In this document: positions 23,734 through 37,700 of the stretch, in pieces
Position numbering within the stretch: the stretch's first letter is position 1
Layout of the letters: each line of letters begins with the position of its first letter
Origin: Ginglymostoma cirratum
Lineage: Eukaryota
Length of the DNA stretch: 64,000 nt
Assembly: GCA_024137785.1 (NCBI GenBank)
Contig: JAHRHZ010000155.1
Coordinates: 832,537-896,536, forward strand
Reading direction: 5' to 3'
Translations under genes and position numbers: made by a program
Notes under the pieces: generated by a model
Told to the model about the DNA's origin: nothing
Databases searched by the model: none
Seen by the model: only the letters and a program-made list of their open reading frames with translations

Positions 23734-24941
23734 ATAACAAGGTGTGGAGCTGGATGAACACAGCAGGCCGAGCAGCATCATAGGAGCAGGAAAGCTTGAC
23801 GTTTCGGGCCTAGACCCTTCTTCAGAAATGGGGGGAGGGGAAGAGGGTTCTGAAATAAATGGGGAGAGAGGGGGAGGTGGATAGAAGATGGATAGAGGAG
23901 AGGACAGGTGGAGAGAACACTGACCGGTCAAAGAGGCGGGGATGGAGCCAGTAAAGGTGAGTGTAGGTGGGGAGGTAGGGAGGAGATAGGTCAGTCCAGG
24001 GAGGATGGACAGGTCAAGGGGGCGGGATGAGGTTAGTAGGGAGGAGATGGGGGTGCGGCTTGAGGTAGGAGGAGGGGATAGGTGAGAGGAATAACAGGTT
24101 AAGGAGGCGGGGACGAGCTGGGATGGTTTTGGGATGTGGTTGGGGGAGGTGAGATTTTGAAGCTTGTGAAATCCACATTGATACCGTTGGGCTGCAGGGT
24201 TCCCTGGCTAAATGAGTTGCTGTTCCTGCAGTCTTCGGGTGGCATCATTGTGGCACTGCAGGAGGCCCAGGATGGACATGATGTCTGAGGAATGGGAGGG
24301 GGAGTTGAAATGGTTCGCGACTCGGAGGTGCAATGATTTGTTGCGAACTGAGCGCAGGTGTTCTGCGCTTGGTTTCTGCGCCTCCACTTGGTTTCCCCGA
24401 TGTAGAGGAGGCCACAACGGGTACAGCGGATGCAGTATACCACATTGGCAGATGTGCAGGTGAACATCTACTTGATGTGGAAAGTCTTCTTGGGGCCTGG
24501 GATGGGGGTAAGGGAGGAGGTGTGGGGGCAGGTGTACACTTCCTGCGGTTGCAGGGAAAAGTGCTGGGTGTGGTGGGGCTGGAGGGGAGTGTGGAGCGGA
24601 CAAGGGAGTCACGGAGAGAGTGGTCCCTCCGGAAAGCAAACAAGGGTGGGGAGGGAAAAATGTCTTTGGTGGTGGGGTCGGATTGCAGATGGCGGAAGTG
24701 TCGGAGGATGATGCGTTGGATCGTTGGAGGTTGGTGGGGTGGTACGTGAGGACGAGGGGGATTCTTTTTTGGTTGTTATTGCGGCGAAGGGGTGTGAGGG
24801 ATGAGTTGCGGGAAATGCATGAGACATGGTCGAGGGCGTTCTCGACCACTGCGGGAGGTGGGGGGGGATGTTGTGGTCCTTGAAGAACGAGGACATCTGA
24901 GATGTACGGGAGTGGAATGCCTCATCCTGGGAGCAGATGCG
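23734..24941 (-). mobile_element. Penelope-like retroelement, 5'-truncated (GIY-YIG endonuclease), TSD GCTAG
   Basis: FTCTSANVVYCIRCTRCGLLYIGETK..AEHLRSVRNK..VANHFNSPSHS; RIPLVLTYHP; GCTAG at 23729-23733 and 24942-24946. Confidence 0.95.
23798..23825 (-). ncRNA. Minimal hammerhead ribozyme core in the PLE 3' terminus
   Basis: Minus strand CTGAAGA-A-GGGT(CTAG)GCCC-GAAA-CGTC, same strand as the element ORF. Confidence 0.65.
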
Positions 24942-25521
24942 GCTAGGCCATTTCAGAGGGCAGTTAAGAATCAATCACATTGCTGTGAGTTTGGTACATT
25001 TCCTTCTTAAAGAACATTGTTGAGATAGATGGATTTTTATGATAATAGCAGAGGTTAAACCATCAGACCATTAGAGAGAGGAGCTGAAACAGACCATTCA
25101 GTCCATTGTTACATGGTCATCATTGGGCATATTTTATTTGGAATTCAAATTTCACCATCTTCAGACCATTTTCTCACGGTGCTGCTGCTTTGGAGGCTGC
25201 TATGAAGAGCACTTCTGTTATAGGCTTCTTTTGTCTGAATAAACTTGTATCATTCTTCCATTATAGAACCAAAGTTCCCAAATAGTGATAACATATATAT
25301 TGTGAAGTTTCATCACAACTGCTTCTACTAGTATATGTAAAATTATTCATAAGCTTCGTGCAATCTCTGACGGCATGAAAGAGGTGCAGCATTTTGAAAG
25401 CACGTTTAGAACTAACAACAAAATTGAGCAACATCATTTTCTGGTCATTGTTGTTCAATCATTTTGGCTGCACACGCCTCTAACACCTCCCCCCACCCAC
25501 CACGTTTCTCTCTCAGTTTGG

Positions 25522-25743
25522 CTAGAACCTGATCTGAGCGTATTCTGTGTCCTTGTCCCTGTGCACAGTCTCATCACCGCTGGGTACCTTAAGAAAGTTG
25601 ATGTTGGCTTGGAGAAGGTCTTTAGTTCTGTCTTGGTGTCCAGCGTCTCTGCCCATTGCACCATCAAAGACATCCTGGGGACCTGACGTCTCTCCCTCTC
25701 TAGTTGTGTCCTGAAGATCAGTAACCACCATGTTCCGTGAACC
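25522..25743 (-). CDS. Gene B terminal exon (ITSM-like TEYAQI)
   Basis: tttccatttctccacag|GGT; GSRNMVV..DLLQANINFLKVPSGDETVHRDKDTEYAQIRF*. Confidence 0.9.
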   Translation of the reverse strand, partial: GSRNMVVTDLQDTTREGETSGPQDVFDGAMGRDAGHQDRTKDLLQANINFLKVPSGDETVHRDKDTEYAQIRF

Positions 25744-28700
25744 CTGTGGAGAAATGGAAACAGAAGATGTTCTCACATCATTTACCGGCACGGATAGATT
25801 TAAATTGCTGCACAGCCTCATGAGAGTCAGTCCTGGTGTGTTTGGTTTAAGCTTCTCATACCTTGAAGGCAAAAGTGATGAGCTCGTTGTTCACAGAGAC
25901 TGTATGTCCCAAATGCTCTTCAGACACTGTGTTTCCTACATTACATCAATGACTACAGCAACAAATTTGCACACAACAAATCTCCCAACAGCTGTATTGG
26001 AATAACTCACATCATTGTTTTCTTTTTAAAATGCTGTTTTGTTTGGGGGAAGATAATGAAAGGCTCCAGGAGGCTGAGGGAGAACTGCTCCCTGCTTCTC
26101 TTCCAAGTAGTGGCCATGGGATCTTTAACACCACCACCACCTCCCCCCCCAGCCCCCCAACCCCAGAGGGCAGATGGAATGGTTTAATGTATCATCTAAC
26201 AGCACAGACTTCCATTCAGAGAAATGGAAACAGAAGATACATAATTTACTGGCACTGGTTAAATTATTCCATCGCCTCATGGTTTAGTGGATTTAACATT
26301 TTCCATCTCTCTCTCCGTATCTCTCTGTCGTACCCTCCATCATCACTTTCTCTCTTTGTATATCTCTCTTGCTATTTCCCTTTTTTTATTGTTTCTCACC
26401 TCTAATATAGGATTTTATAGTTTGACTGTCCAATCTGGATTTGATCTCTCTTCTTTCCTCATACAGAAAGTTCAAAAACCCCTTCACAGCCAGCACCTTT
26501 TAGAAGTATTCACTGTTGTAGTGTAGGATGTGCAGAAGCAGTTTGTGCACAGAAAGGTCCCACAAGCAAGAACACAATAAACAGTTGATACCAACCAACT
26601 TTTGAACAATGAAACTAAGAGCTGCAGATGCTGGAAGTCTGAAACAACACCAGAAGAAATTATTGGAGCAACTCAGGAGGTCTGGCAGCAGCTGTGAAGA
26701 GAAAGCAGTTTACATTTTGAGTCCAATGACCCTTCAGAACAGGGTCAGCATCCTCAGTACTGACCCTCTGACAGTCCAGCACTCCCTCAGAATAAACTCC
26801 CCAAAATGTCAGCACTGTTAGGTTATGTTTAAATTTGTGGAGTTGGTTATTAAACCTTCTGACTCAGACAAAGGGCAAGTGAGAGAGCTTCCCACTGAGC
26901 CATTACGTTCCACAAGTGGGACTCCATGGGTAGTCTGTCTTGGAATCTGGGACACGTTGCATATTCAACCATGTTGGTTGCACACAAACCTCAAACCTTT
27001 CTAATCTGATGTGTGTCCATTCTGGTCCTTGTCTCTATGCACTGTCCCGTTACTGCTTGGCGGCTTTGAGAAGTTATTATTAGTATAGAGAACATCCCTG
27101 GGCTTGATGATTGCAATGTGCTGTGTTATTTATGCTCTGAAACTGATTGATTGGAGTGAGTATAAAGTGAGCTTCTGTACCTGGTGTTTCACAGAGACTT
27201 GACTGTAGGTCAATCCAATCTCATTGGTCTTTGATGCTGTCTCCTCAGTGGCTGTCTTTCTCCTGCAATAACACAATATCACTGTAGTTATTGTATATCA
27301 GAGAGTCAGTGCAGCACAGATACAGTTACATGTTCGGAATCCGCTTTCACCTCCCTATCAGGTATCATGTTCCAGATTACAATAATTCATAGCTATTCAT
27401 CTGGATGCAGAACAAATGAAAGGTCTGCTCTGGATCATCAGGACATGGGAACCATGTACAGAACTGTCTGGTATGTCACCCCAAAGTAACAGTTATTGAC
27501 TGAGGGAATGAAAGTGGAAGTAAAAACTTTGAGTAAAATCAAATGAAGCATTTCCACTTACTTTCGCACACACAGGAAGATTAATATTCCAGCCAGGAAA
27601 ACATTCAACATGATTCCAGCCATGACCAATCCCACTTTCCATTTGTTGGAGTCTATCCCTATAAAAACAGCCATTAATTACTATGCTATCGTTTGGAATT
27701 ATGGTCTGATGTATCTTGAGAAATGATGTATTCCATTTTTAAACATTTTATTCTTGAGCAATGTTGACATTTATTGCCCCTTGAGAAGGTGGTGAGATGG
27801 CTTTTTCCTGAACCATTGGTTTGACACAAGCCAAGAGAGGAGTTTAGAGGACAGTTAAGAGGTAACTACATTGGAGTTTGAAATTGGAGCCATCTATACA
27901 GACTGATAAAACACGAATAGGCCATTAGTGCCCCACCTCATAATTTCTGTCTTTATTAAGCTCACAAATAATTGATTATCACCTCATGGTCACATTGCTG
28001 TTTCTGGGATCTTGACAGTCACACTTCCTACATTCAAGAAATTAACACCTGTATGAAGTGCAACAATTACTATAAATGTATTCTGTCACGATCTCAGCAA
28101 TATATTCATGCAAGCCTTCATTTTGGATGTAATTTATGTATCACTTGAATGTACATTGGCCCAGATAGTCCAATGGACGTTAGTTGTTGGAACATTCAGA
28201 TGGGAATCGTGTGTCAGGACCCTGCAGAATGCACAAGCGGCTGCCTCCATGGGAATTGTCCAGGAAATTGAAGATTCTGATTGGCAGTTCCCCTGTCAGA
28301 ACCCGTTAAAGTCAGATGCTTCGGAGGGGAGCACTTTGCCTATGTTCATAATTACCCAGAAAACGTCAAACAATTAGAAAACTAGTCTAACATCTGGATA
28401 GCTATTAAACTGATCACAACTGAACACTTAGTCCCCAGTTCCACTTCACTTGAACCCCTACTTCTGGCAATCACTCCTCCTCTGACCAGGCACCATCCCA
28501 CTTCTCACCAATCCAATGCCATTCTGACCCTCCTACCCATCTGCACCACCCAACCAGACAACTCACAATGATCCACCACCTCCCTATTGCTGACCTGAAC
28601 CACTGGGATCAGACCTACTGCCCAACCTGCCAATGGTCTGAATCCCTCAACCGCCAGCCCTTCTGGAAGACCTGAAATACTCTTCCCTGATGGTTCCAAC

Positions 28701-31700
28701 ACACCTACCCACTGGCTCCGTGGCCCCCCACTAGATCTGATAGATCCACATTCCCCCATCTGCATCAGAGCAGAGACATCCACCATGAACAGCTTCCTCC
28801 GCCCAACACCACACTCCACACTCACCCACTGTCCCCTTTGACAGCACCCCTTCTGTGCTGTCTGCATTTACTTTGAATGGAAGTTACTTGCAGTTGGGAG
28901 GGTGTTGGTGTTGGATGGAGTTCAAGATTCCACACCCCACGCCACATTTATGTGAAGAAAGTGCTTCCTGACATTCCCCGCCACTCCCAATAAAAAAATG
29001 GCCTAACTCGAATTTTATCCAGTGTTGTCATTATCACAAGAGGACATGTTGGTCAAAGAGGCTGGTGGGAGAGAGCAACTTAAAGGAAGTAGAGGGGAGA
29101 AGAAGCGGATTCGATAGTTTAGAGTAAAACCAACTAATCAGAGATTAATCCTCTCACCTTTGACCCAAAGATGCACCTTGAACATGGTTGCCCCATGTGG
29201 GTTTCGAACCAAGCATGATGCCATCACTTCCTCTTCATCCTGGTGTCCCATAAGGAACAGGGAGCCCATCACCAGCTGTCCCGCTCTGAGCTGCTGTGAC
29301 TCAAAACCTCCATGTGTTTGGTTACCACTGAGGTTGGCATGGAGCAGGTACCAAGTGAGGTGTCCAGGAGGGTTAGAGTTGGCCACACAAACGCAGGTGA
29401 TCCCGTCTGCCCTCCAAGCACATTCCGACTCCTGGGAAAGCTCCGGACCATCTCAGGAGGGAATGACAGCAATTAATCAAAAACCGTGGAGTTAGAACCT
29501 GAACACTAAAATCTTCATCAGTGCCGTACTTCACTCTAAACTCATATCTCAACAACAGGAACAATAACAAAGTTGCTGGAAAAGCCCAGCAGTCTGGCAG
29601 CATCTGTGAAGGAAAAGACAGAGTTAACGTTTCGGGTCCGGTGATCCGCAGTTCTTTCAGTTTTTATCGAGTATCTCAACACTCTCTCTGCTAGTCTCCC
29701 ACCTCCCACATCCAAAACTCTGATGCTCCCAAGTGTGAATCTGAATTCAGTAATTACACTCTATCATTAGCTGAACACCATTGACACCCACTCCAAGATC
29801 TCTACCTTTCTCAATTCTGACCTCTTGAACATACACTGATTTCCATCCCTCCGCCATTGTTAAGTGTCTTCCGCTGCTTGCGACTCTAAGCTCTGAAATT
29901 TCCTCCCTAATCCCTCTTTCTCCTCTTTACAATGCTCCTTAGCAGCCAAACTGTCAGTCACTGATCCTAATATACTCTGTATCTCAGTGAGGGACAGTTT
30001 ACAGCAGTGAGGAGGCTCTTTATTCAAAAATACAGTGGGTAATCTGCCCCCAGACAGACAGTACCTGAGTTTTAAGAAGAGACAGAGTAAACTGCTTACA
30101 TTCCACATTCAGGTGGGTTGTGTTGGAGGTGCTGTTACCCAATGGGTTTGTTGCTGTGCAGTAGAAACCTGCATCATCCCTCCGCGTTACTGGAGTGAAG
30201 GAGAGAATCCGGCTGCTTGTGTTTAATTGGGTGCTGGTGTTTCCCTCAATCCTGAACCAGGTGTAATGAGTTATCGACGGGGCACTTTCACTGGAGCAGG
30301 TTAATGTGACGTTGTTTCCCTCTCTGATCCCACCTGAGGCTCCACTAGTGGACACTGTGGTCTCCCGTGGGGAATCTGGAACAACAGCAGAGGAGCATCA
30401 TCAGGTAATCTCCATGCCCCACAATCCTCCAAGATCTTAAAAGAGGAAAGTATAAAAAATTTGTATCGGTGTTTATGACAGGCATGTGGATGTGTGTAGA
30501 CACTGTAAATGTAACAGTGTTTTGGGGATATAAATTTGTTTGTAGAGATGTGGCTGTGTAATCTCTGGTGTGCATTTGATACCACACACACAAATTGAAC
30601 AAGGCAATAGCTGGAGATTATGATGGACCCAGACAAAAGACACAGGAAGACACTTGGACTGAACATGAATGCGTCAATGTCAAACATAATGCCTCTAAAT
30701 GGCAAGGGGGATATCAAGATTGGGTACACCAAGGTAGGAAGAGTGGACAATTTCCAATACTTGGTCGATGATAAACATCAAATTTACATCCAGGTCTGAA
30801 ATATGGCTTAGAACAACAACAGCAGGCACCGTGATTAGTGACTTCAGTCTCAACATCTAAAAACATCAGCCTGAAGCTGAGAAAATGTTGGTGCTGTCAC
30901 TCATGATGGATATGAGAGTCAGACTGCAGAAAGTGGATGAGACGAGGGTGAAGGTTTTTGAAATGTGGGTGTATGGCCGAGGATGCTCAGATTCAGCTGG
31001 TTGGAGATCAAGGCAAATGAGTGGTTTAGAGAAAGAGTAGGTCGGGAGCTAGAAGGGAGAGTTAAGTCCAGTTAGACTGAGATAGACAGATAAGTATGGG
31101 CATAGAAATGAAGAACCATCTTTGTCTTAGCAACACCTGTGGAGAAATTGGGGGTAAATACAAAAAGGGATAAAGAAAAATCAGACAGTGGATAACATTG
31201 GAGCCAGACAATTGAAGAAATCCAGAGAAGAAACAAGACAATGCCAATGGCCCCTCTAAAGATATTGTAACAATGAACAAATCTAACAGCAGTCTCACAT
31301 AACACATTGATGGTTACGAAGCTGTTTTCTGTTCCATGTTCATTCTCTGCCACACACTGATAGTCTCCAGTCTCCCTGTATGTAACGTGAGGAATCTCCA
31401 ACCACACCTCATTGTCAGAACTTGTACTGTTCATTGTGACATTAAGATGCCTCCACGTCAGGTTAGAAGCTGGGAAGCTGTTCACAGAGCAGATTATCAC
31501 TACAGAATTCCCCTCTGTTATATTGATTGATGAATCTTCAATCACGACAGGAGAAGTAATTAAGAGATTCCGTGGTGCATCTAAAAACAAATACAGATGA
31601 CTTAACTCACCTTGTCTGTGAAGCATTTTGAGAGGCACTGAGAACAGGTAATCAATGCAGGTTCCTTTGCCGCAAAGCACAGAAACCAGACAAACACTAC

Positions 31701-34700
31701 AATTCAGTACCAGAGGGTACAGCAAACTAATTGGGTTAATAATGAGGGAGTGCAACACTCTGAGGGTCAGTATTCAGGGAAGACAGTACCGTATGTGGGT
31801 CAGTACTAAGGAAAGTAGCCCTGTGAGAGAACTGTACTGAGGGATCACTGCGCCATCAGAGTTAGTACTGAGGGTGTGCAGCCTTTTTAGTGCATAAGTA
31901 CTGAGTATAAATGGCACTGACCGGGGATAAGTACTGGATGTGTATTACCCTGTTGAAGGCTCAGTACTGAATGAGCACTGCACTGTCAATCAGTACTGAG
32001 AGAGTGCAGCACTTTTTGATATAGCTGTATTGTGGGAAAGTTCATACTGAGTGCCACGCAGCTGACCAGTCATTACTGAGTGAGCACTACATTTTCAGAG
32101 GATTATTACAAAGGATTCGCTGCACTGTCAGTCAATACTGAATGAGTGCTGCATTGTCAGAGCAGTACTGTTGAATGCTGAGCACAGAATGAGTGCTGCA
32201 CTGTTAGCGAATCATTAGTGAATCACTGCTAATACTGACACACACATACCATTGTAGCATCACCAGAAAATAGTTTAGTCACTCATGCATTTTTGCAGAC
32301 GTGCTAGTTTAGGGATGAGTGTTCCTGTATGTGTTCGTGCAGGAACGATAGCCATAGCCATAGAGTCATAGAGAATTACAGCACAAAAAAATGCCCTTCA
32401 GCCAGTTCAAACAAGTTGATCAAAAACAAGAGATAGTAGGAGCTGCCGATGCTGGAGAATCTGAGATAACAAGGTGTAGAGCTGGATGAACACAGCAGGC
32501 CAAGCAGCATCAGAGGAGCAGGAAAGCTGACGTTTCTGAAATTTCTGAAGAAGGGCTCAGACCCGAAACGTCAGCTTTCCTGCTCCTCTGCTGCTTGGCC
32601 TGCTGTGTTCATCCAGCTCTACACCTTGTTATCTTTGATCAAAAACAAGCACTGATTATAATTCTTCTTGCTGGCACTCAGCCTATATTCTTATATGCCT
32701 TGACATTGCCAGTGAGCATCTAAATACTTAAATGTTTTCAGAGGTCCTGCCGCTGCTACTCTTTCAGGCAATGAATTCTAGACTTTCCCCCAACCCTCTG
32801 TGAAGAAGTATTTTCTCACATTCCCTCTAAAACTGCTGCACCTTACTTTTAAATATGCCCCCATTTATTAACTTTTCTACCAAGGGGAAAAGCCCCTACT
32901 TATAGCCCCTGCTCATTTCCATCATAACTTATCCATTATTTCCCCAGCTTTGCTCCAGGGAAAACAACTCCAGTCTATCCAATCACTCATCATAGGTAAA
33001 ATCCTCCAGCCCATGTAACATCCTAGTTAATCTCCTGTGCCCGCTCTTCAGGTCAATCACATCCATCGTATAATGTGGATTCCAGAACTGTATATAATAC
33101 TCCAGTTGTGGCCTAGCAGTTTTTTTTTTTGCAGTTCCAGTATAACCTGCCTGCTCCTGTATTCTGTTGTTCAGTTAATAAACCCTAGTATATCCTTAAC
33201 CACTCTGGCTACCTGCCCCACTCCCTTAAAGGACTGGTAGATATTCATATCAAGGGTTCCTCTAATCTTCAGTGCTCCCCAGTTCACCATGTAATCCCTT
33301 ACCTTTTTTTTATCATGCCCAAGTGCATCAAATCACATTAATCTGGATTGAATTCTATTTGTCACTGATCAGCCGTCTATAACCTCCTGTAATCTACGGC
33401 TGCCTTCCTACCTATTTATCAGCCCACTGTTTTTGTTTTAGTATCATCCGCAAACTGACTGATCAACCCTCCTATATTCATGTCTAAATCGTTTGTACGT
33501 ACTTCAATCTGGAAGGACCGCAACAATGATCTCTGTGGGACCACCCATTGGACACAGGCTTCCGGCCACAAAAGCACTCCTCAACCATACCCTCTGCTTC
33601 CTGCCACTTGCTCAATTCTGGATCCAATTTGGCAAATTTCATTGGATCCCATGAGCTCTTAACTTTACTGTCAGTCTCTCAAATGGAACCTTATCAAAAG
33701 CCTTGCCAAAGTCCAAGCAGATGACGTCAAATGCATTGGCCTTCATTCTTGAATAACAGACCCACATTAATGTCCTCCAGTCCTCTAGCATTTCTCCTGT
33801 GGCCACAGAAAAATTGTGAATATTTGCCAGTGCCCTGCTATTTCCTTCCTTGCTTCACTGAAAAGCTAGGATACACTTCATCTGGTCCCGACAATTCATC
33901 ATCTACTTTCAAAATAAAAACCGAAAGAACTGTGGATGCTGCAAATCAGGAACAAAAACAAAGTTGCTGGAAAAGCCCAGCAGGTCTGGCAACATCTGTG
34001 AAGGAAAAAACAGAGTTATCGTTTCGGGCCCGATGACCCTTCCTCAGAACTAATACACTGAGGAAGGGTCACAGGCCCTGAAATGTTAACTCTGTTTGTT
34101 CCTTCACAGATGCTGCCAGACCTGCTGGGCTTTTCCAGCAATTTTGTTTTTGTTTCTTCTACTTTCAAGCCTGCCAGACCACTCAGAGCCTCCTCTTTGT
34201 CTATGCTGATTTCTTCAATTATTTCATCCCTCCCCCCTGATTCTATACCCACATTGTCCCTCTCACTAGTGAACGCTGGCATAAAATGTTTATTGAGAAC
34301 CCAACCCATATCCTCTGGGTCCACACAAACTGACAGTGTGGTTCTTAATGGATCTGACTCTTGCCCAAATTATTCTTTTACCCTTGTAAAATAAGTTAGA
34401 CTGTGCCTGCATGTTACTTGCCATTATCCTTTCACGCCCCCATTCTGCTCTCTGAATTGCCTTTTCAATATCCCTCTTACATACTCCATATTCATATAGA
34501 TTTTCTGCTGTTTAAGTCCTCAGTACCTGCATAAAATTCTTTTATTCTCTGTTATTCAATCATGTATATCCCTTGACATCAAAGATTTGTCAGATTTGTT
34601 GGTCCCACCCTTTATCTTTCTTGGAAATTGTGTGCCTATAATCTCCATATTTCCTTTTTGAATGTGACATACTTTTCTGACACAGACTTACTGAAAAGCA

Positions 34701-37700
34701 TGTCTCCAAGTCCACTGTGGCGAAATCATATCTGATGTTATTAAAATCAGCCTTCACCAGGTTCAGAACTTCAATTTCAGGCCCATCCTTGTCCCATTCC
34801 GTAAAAATCTTGAAAATAACAGAGTTATGACCGCTGTCTGCAAAATACTCCCCCACAGATATTTCAACCACTTGCTTCATTACCTAAAATTAAGCCCAGG
34901 ACAGCATCCTGTCTTACGAAGCCTTCTATGTATTGGCTTAAAATGGTCTCCTGAATCTATCCTAAAAATTCTGTTTTCTCTAACTCTTTCACACAACGAC
35001 TACCCCAGTTAATTTTGGAAAGGAAGAAATCTCACTGTCACTATCCTATTCCTTTTACACTCTCTGAAATTTGCCTACATACCTGCTCTTCTATTTCCCG
35101 CTGATTGTCTTGTAGTACACTCTCAACAATGTCATTGTTTCATTTTAAGTTTTACCTCATGGCTTCACTTGAGGAACCCACTAACATGCCATCCCACTTT
35201 ACTGCTGTAATTCATTCCCTTATCAGTATTGTGAGATCTCCTCCACTTTTACCTCCTTCCCAGTAGTTTTACCTGAAGGCCCTGTATCCTGGAATATTGA
35301 GTTGCCAATCCTGTCTCTCTCTCAACATGTCTCATGACAACATACTTCCAAGTTTTAATTTGCGCCCTCACCCGTCTGCATTGCTCATCAGACTCTTTGC
35401 ATGACAGTAAAAACCATCCAACCTTGCCAATCTCCCTTAAACTAGCCAATATTTCCAAATCCTTCCTGACTCACTCACACTCTCTTCTAGTTGATGCTGT
35501 GTATCTCCCCGTGCTAAACCATTCCTCAGGATCCCAGCCTGCTGCCAAGTTAGTATTAACCTTTCCCAACAGCACTGGCAAACCTCCCCGCAAGGAAGCT
35601 TGTCTAACTAATTCCAATTCAGATGCAACCCGTCTGCCTTGTACAGGTCCAAACATCGCCAAAAGGGGTCCCATTGTCCCAGAAATCTAAAGACCTAAAG
35701 ATGATGAGAGAACACACCATCTCTCCAGCCATGCACTTCTCTGGATGAACCTCCTATTTCTATGCTCACTAGCACATGGCAGTGGAAGTAATCCAGAGAT
35801 TAAAACATGTGAAGTCCTTTTATTAGTGTATATCCTAACACCCCAAATTCAGCTTGCAGGATCTCATCCCTCTTTGCCGCTACCAACAGGCACCACAATC
35901 TCTCACTGTTGCCCTCCAATGTAGCTTTTTAAGGCTGTGTACACTCATGTATGAAACCCTCCATTACTCCATGTTCATTCGCTGCCAAGCACTGATAATC
36001 TCCAGTCTCCCTGGATATAATGTGAGGAGTCTGCGACCACAGCTCATTGTTGGAATTAAGCCTGATTTACTCTCTCCCACTCTGTCACACTCTTTCTGTC
36101 TCGCTCTCTGTCTTGCTCTCTCTTTCTCTTTTCCACTCTCATAAACTGTCTAACTGACTCAAACGCAAACTGACTCTGAATCCTTGGACTGAACTCCGTG
36201 ACATATTGAAAACTTGGCAACAAGTTGCAAGCTTGGACCGAGGTAAGTTTGACAGTAGCAACCGATAGAATATCATACTCCCTGAGTTTTACAATATTGT
36301 CAGATTAATGTTATACACAGTACAAATAGATTCAACAAAAAAAATCAAAAAAATAACCAGTTCTCTGTGTAGATGCTACATGTTAAATACGGTGTCTTCT
36401 TAATCTGGAACTTGCATTCCTTTAAGCAGTATGAAAGCTGATTTTGTGTGTGTGCACACCTGCGAGATGTTGACATCTGAATCAACTCACACTGCACAGT
36501 GACAGTTATGGAACTCCCCACTGTTCCATGTTCATTCTCTGCCACACACTGATAGTCTCCAGTCTCCCTGTATGTAACGTGAGGAATCTCCAACCACAGC
36601 TCATTGTTGGAACTTGTTCTGTTCATTGTGACATTAAGATGCCTCCAAGACAGTTTAGAAGCTGGGAGGCTCGCGACAGAGCAGATTATCACTGCAGACT
36701 TCCCCTCAATTATATTGATTGATGAATCTTTAATTCCATCACGGGAAGTAATTGAGAGATTCTGTGGTGGATCTAAAAGCAAATAATGATCAGTTAATTA
36801 CATTGACTGTGAAGCACTTTCCAGACCACGACAATGTGACAGAAGAAAAAGCAATACATTTTCCTTCTCCACGTATCGAGTAACTGAGGCAGATGTTCCA
36901 ATTCTGTACGGAAGGATGGATTCACTCTCAAAGAATCAGTGCTGAGCAAGTGTTGCACTATTGGAGAATCAGTACTGAGACAGCACCGCAATGTCAGACG
37001 GTCTGTGCGGAGGGAGTGCCGCATTGTTGGAGGGTCAATGCTGAATGAGGATAGCTCTTCCAAAAGGTCGGTACTGAGGGAGTGTGGTCCTGTCAACACT
37101 CATTTTTAATGCAAAATGTTCAAACAGCAATGTGATCATTCCATTTTGGTTTTGACCTTTAACCAATATAGCTTCATTTGAAGAGGTTTTCTGACCTCCT
37201 ACATTCATGTCAGAGTCATTTATACATACTTCAATCAGCAAGGACACCAAAAATGATCTCTATGGGACGCCATTGGACTTGGGCTTCCAGTCGCAGAAAT
37301 TCCCTTCAACCATCCACCCTCTGTTTCCTGCCACTTAACCAATTCCTGATCCAATTGTCCAACTTTCTTTCAATCCCATAGGTTCTTTCCTTCACTGTCA
37401 AAGTCTTATTTGGGAGACTATCAGAAGCTTTGCTGAAGTCCTAAGAGACGAAGTCAAATGCATTGCCCTTCATTGTTGAATAATAGTGTCACAATTGGCT
37501 GTTCTCCAATTCACTGGCACCTCTCCTACGGCAACAAAGGAATCAAAACTTTTTGCCTGTGCAAACATTTTCTCAATCCAATCCTGTATATCCCTCAACA
37601 TCCATGGTTCGCGGAATTTGTTGATCCCAGCTTTTATCTTTATTGAAACGTTTGCACTGTCCGCTTTTGATTTCCTTTTGAAATGTGTGCCAATATTTTG

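Larger units (their letters stand above)
32360..35945 (-). mobile_element. Old degraded CR1 LINE with nested insertions
   Basis: CR1 3' tail near 32360; remnants SDHNS-like (DSGHNSVIF), KADF, QIKTWKYVV; ORF1-like GLPVLLGKVNT. Confidence 0.7.

Noticed and set aside
27137-27180. Intron joining gene B cytoplasmic exon 1 to the relic exon
   Set aside because: Only 44 nt, too short for a typical vertebrate intron, and the joined frame stops early
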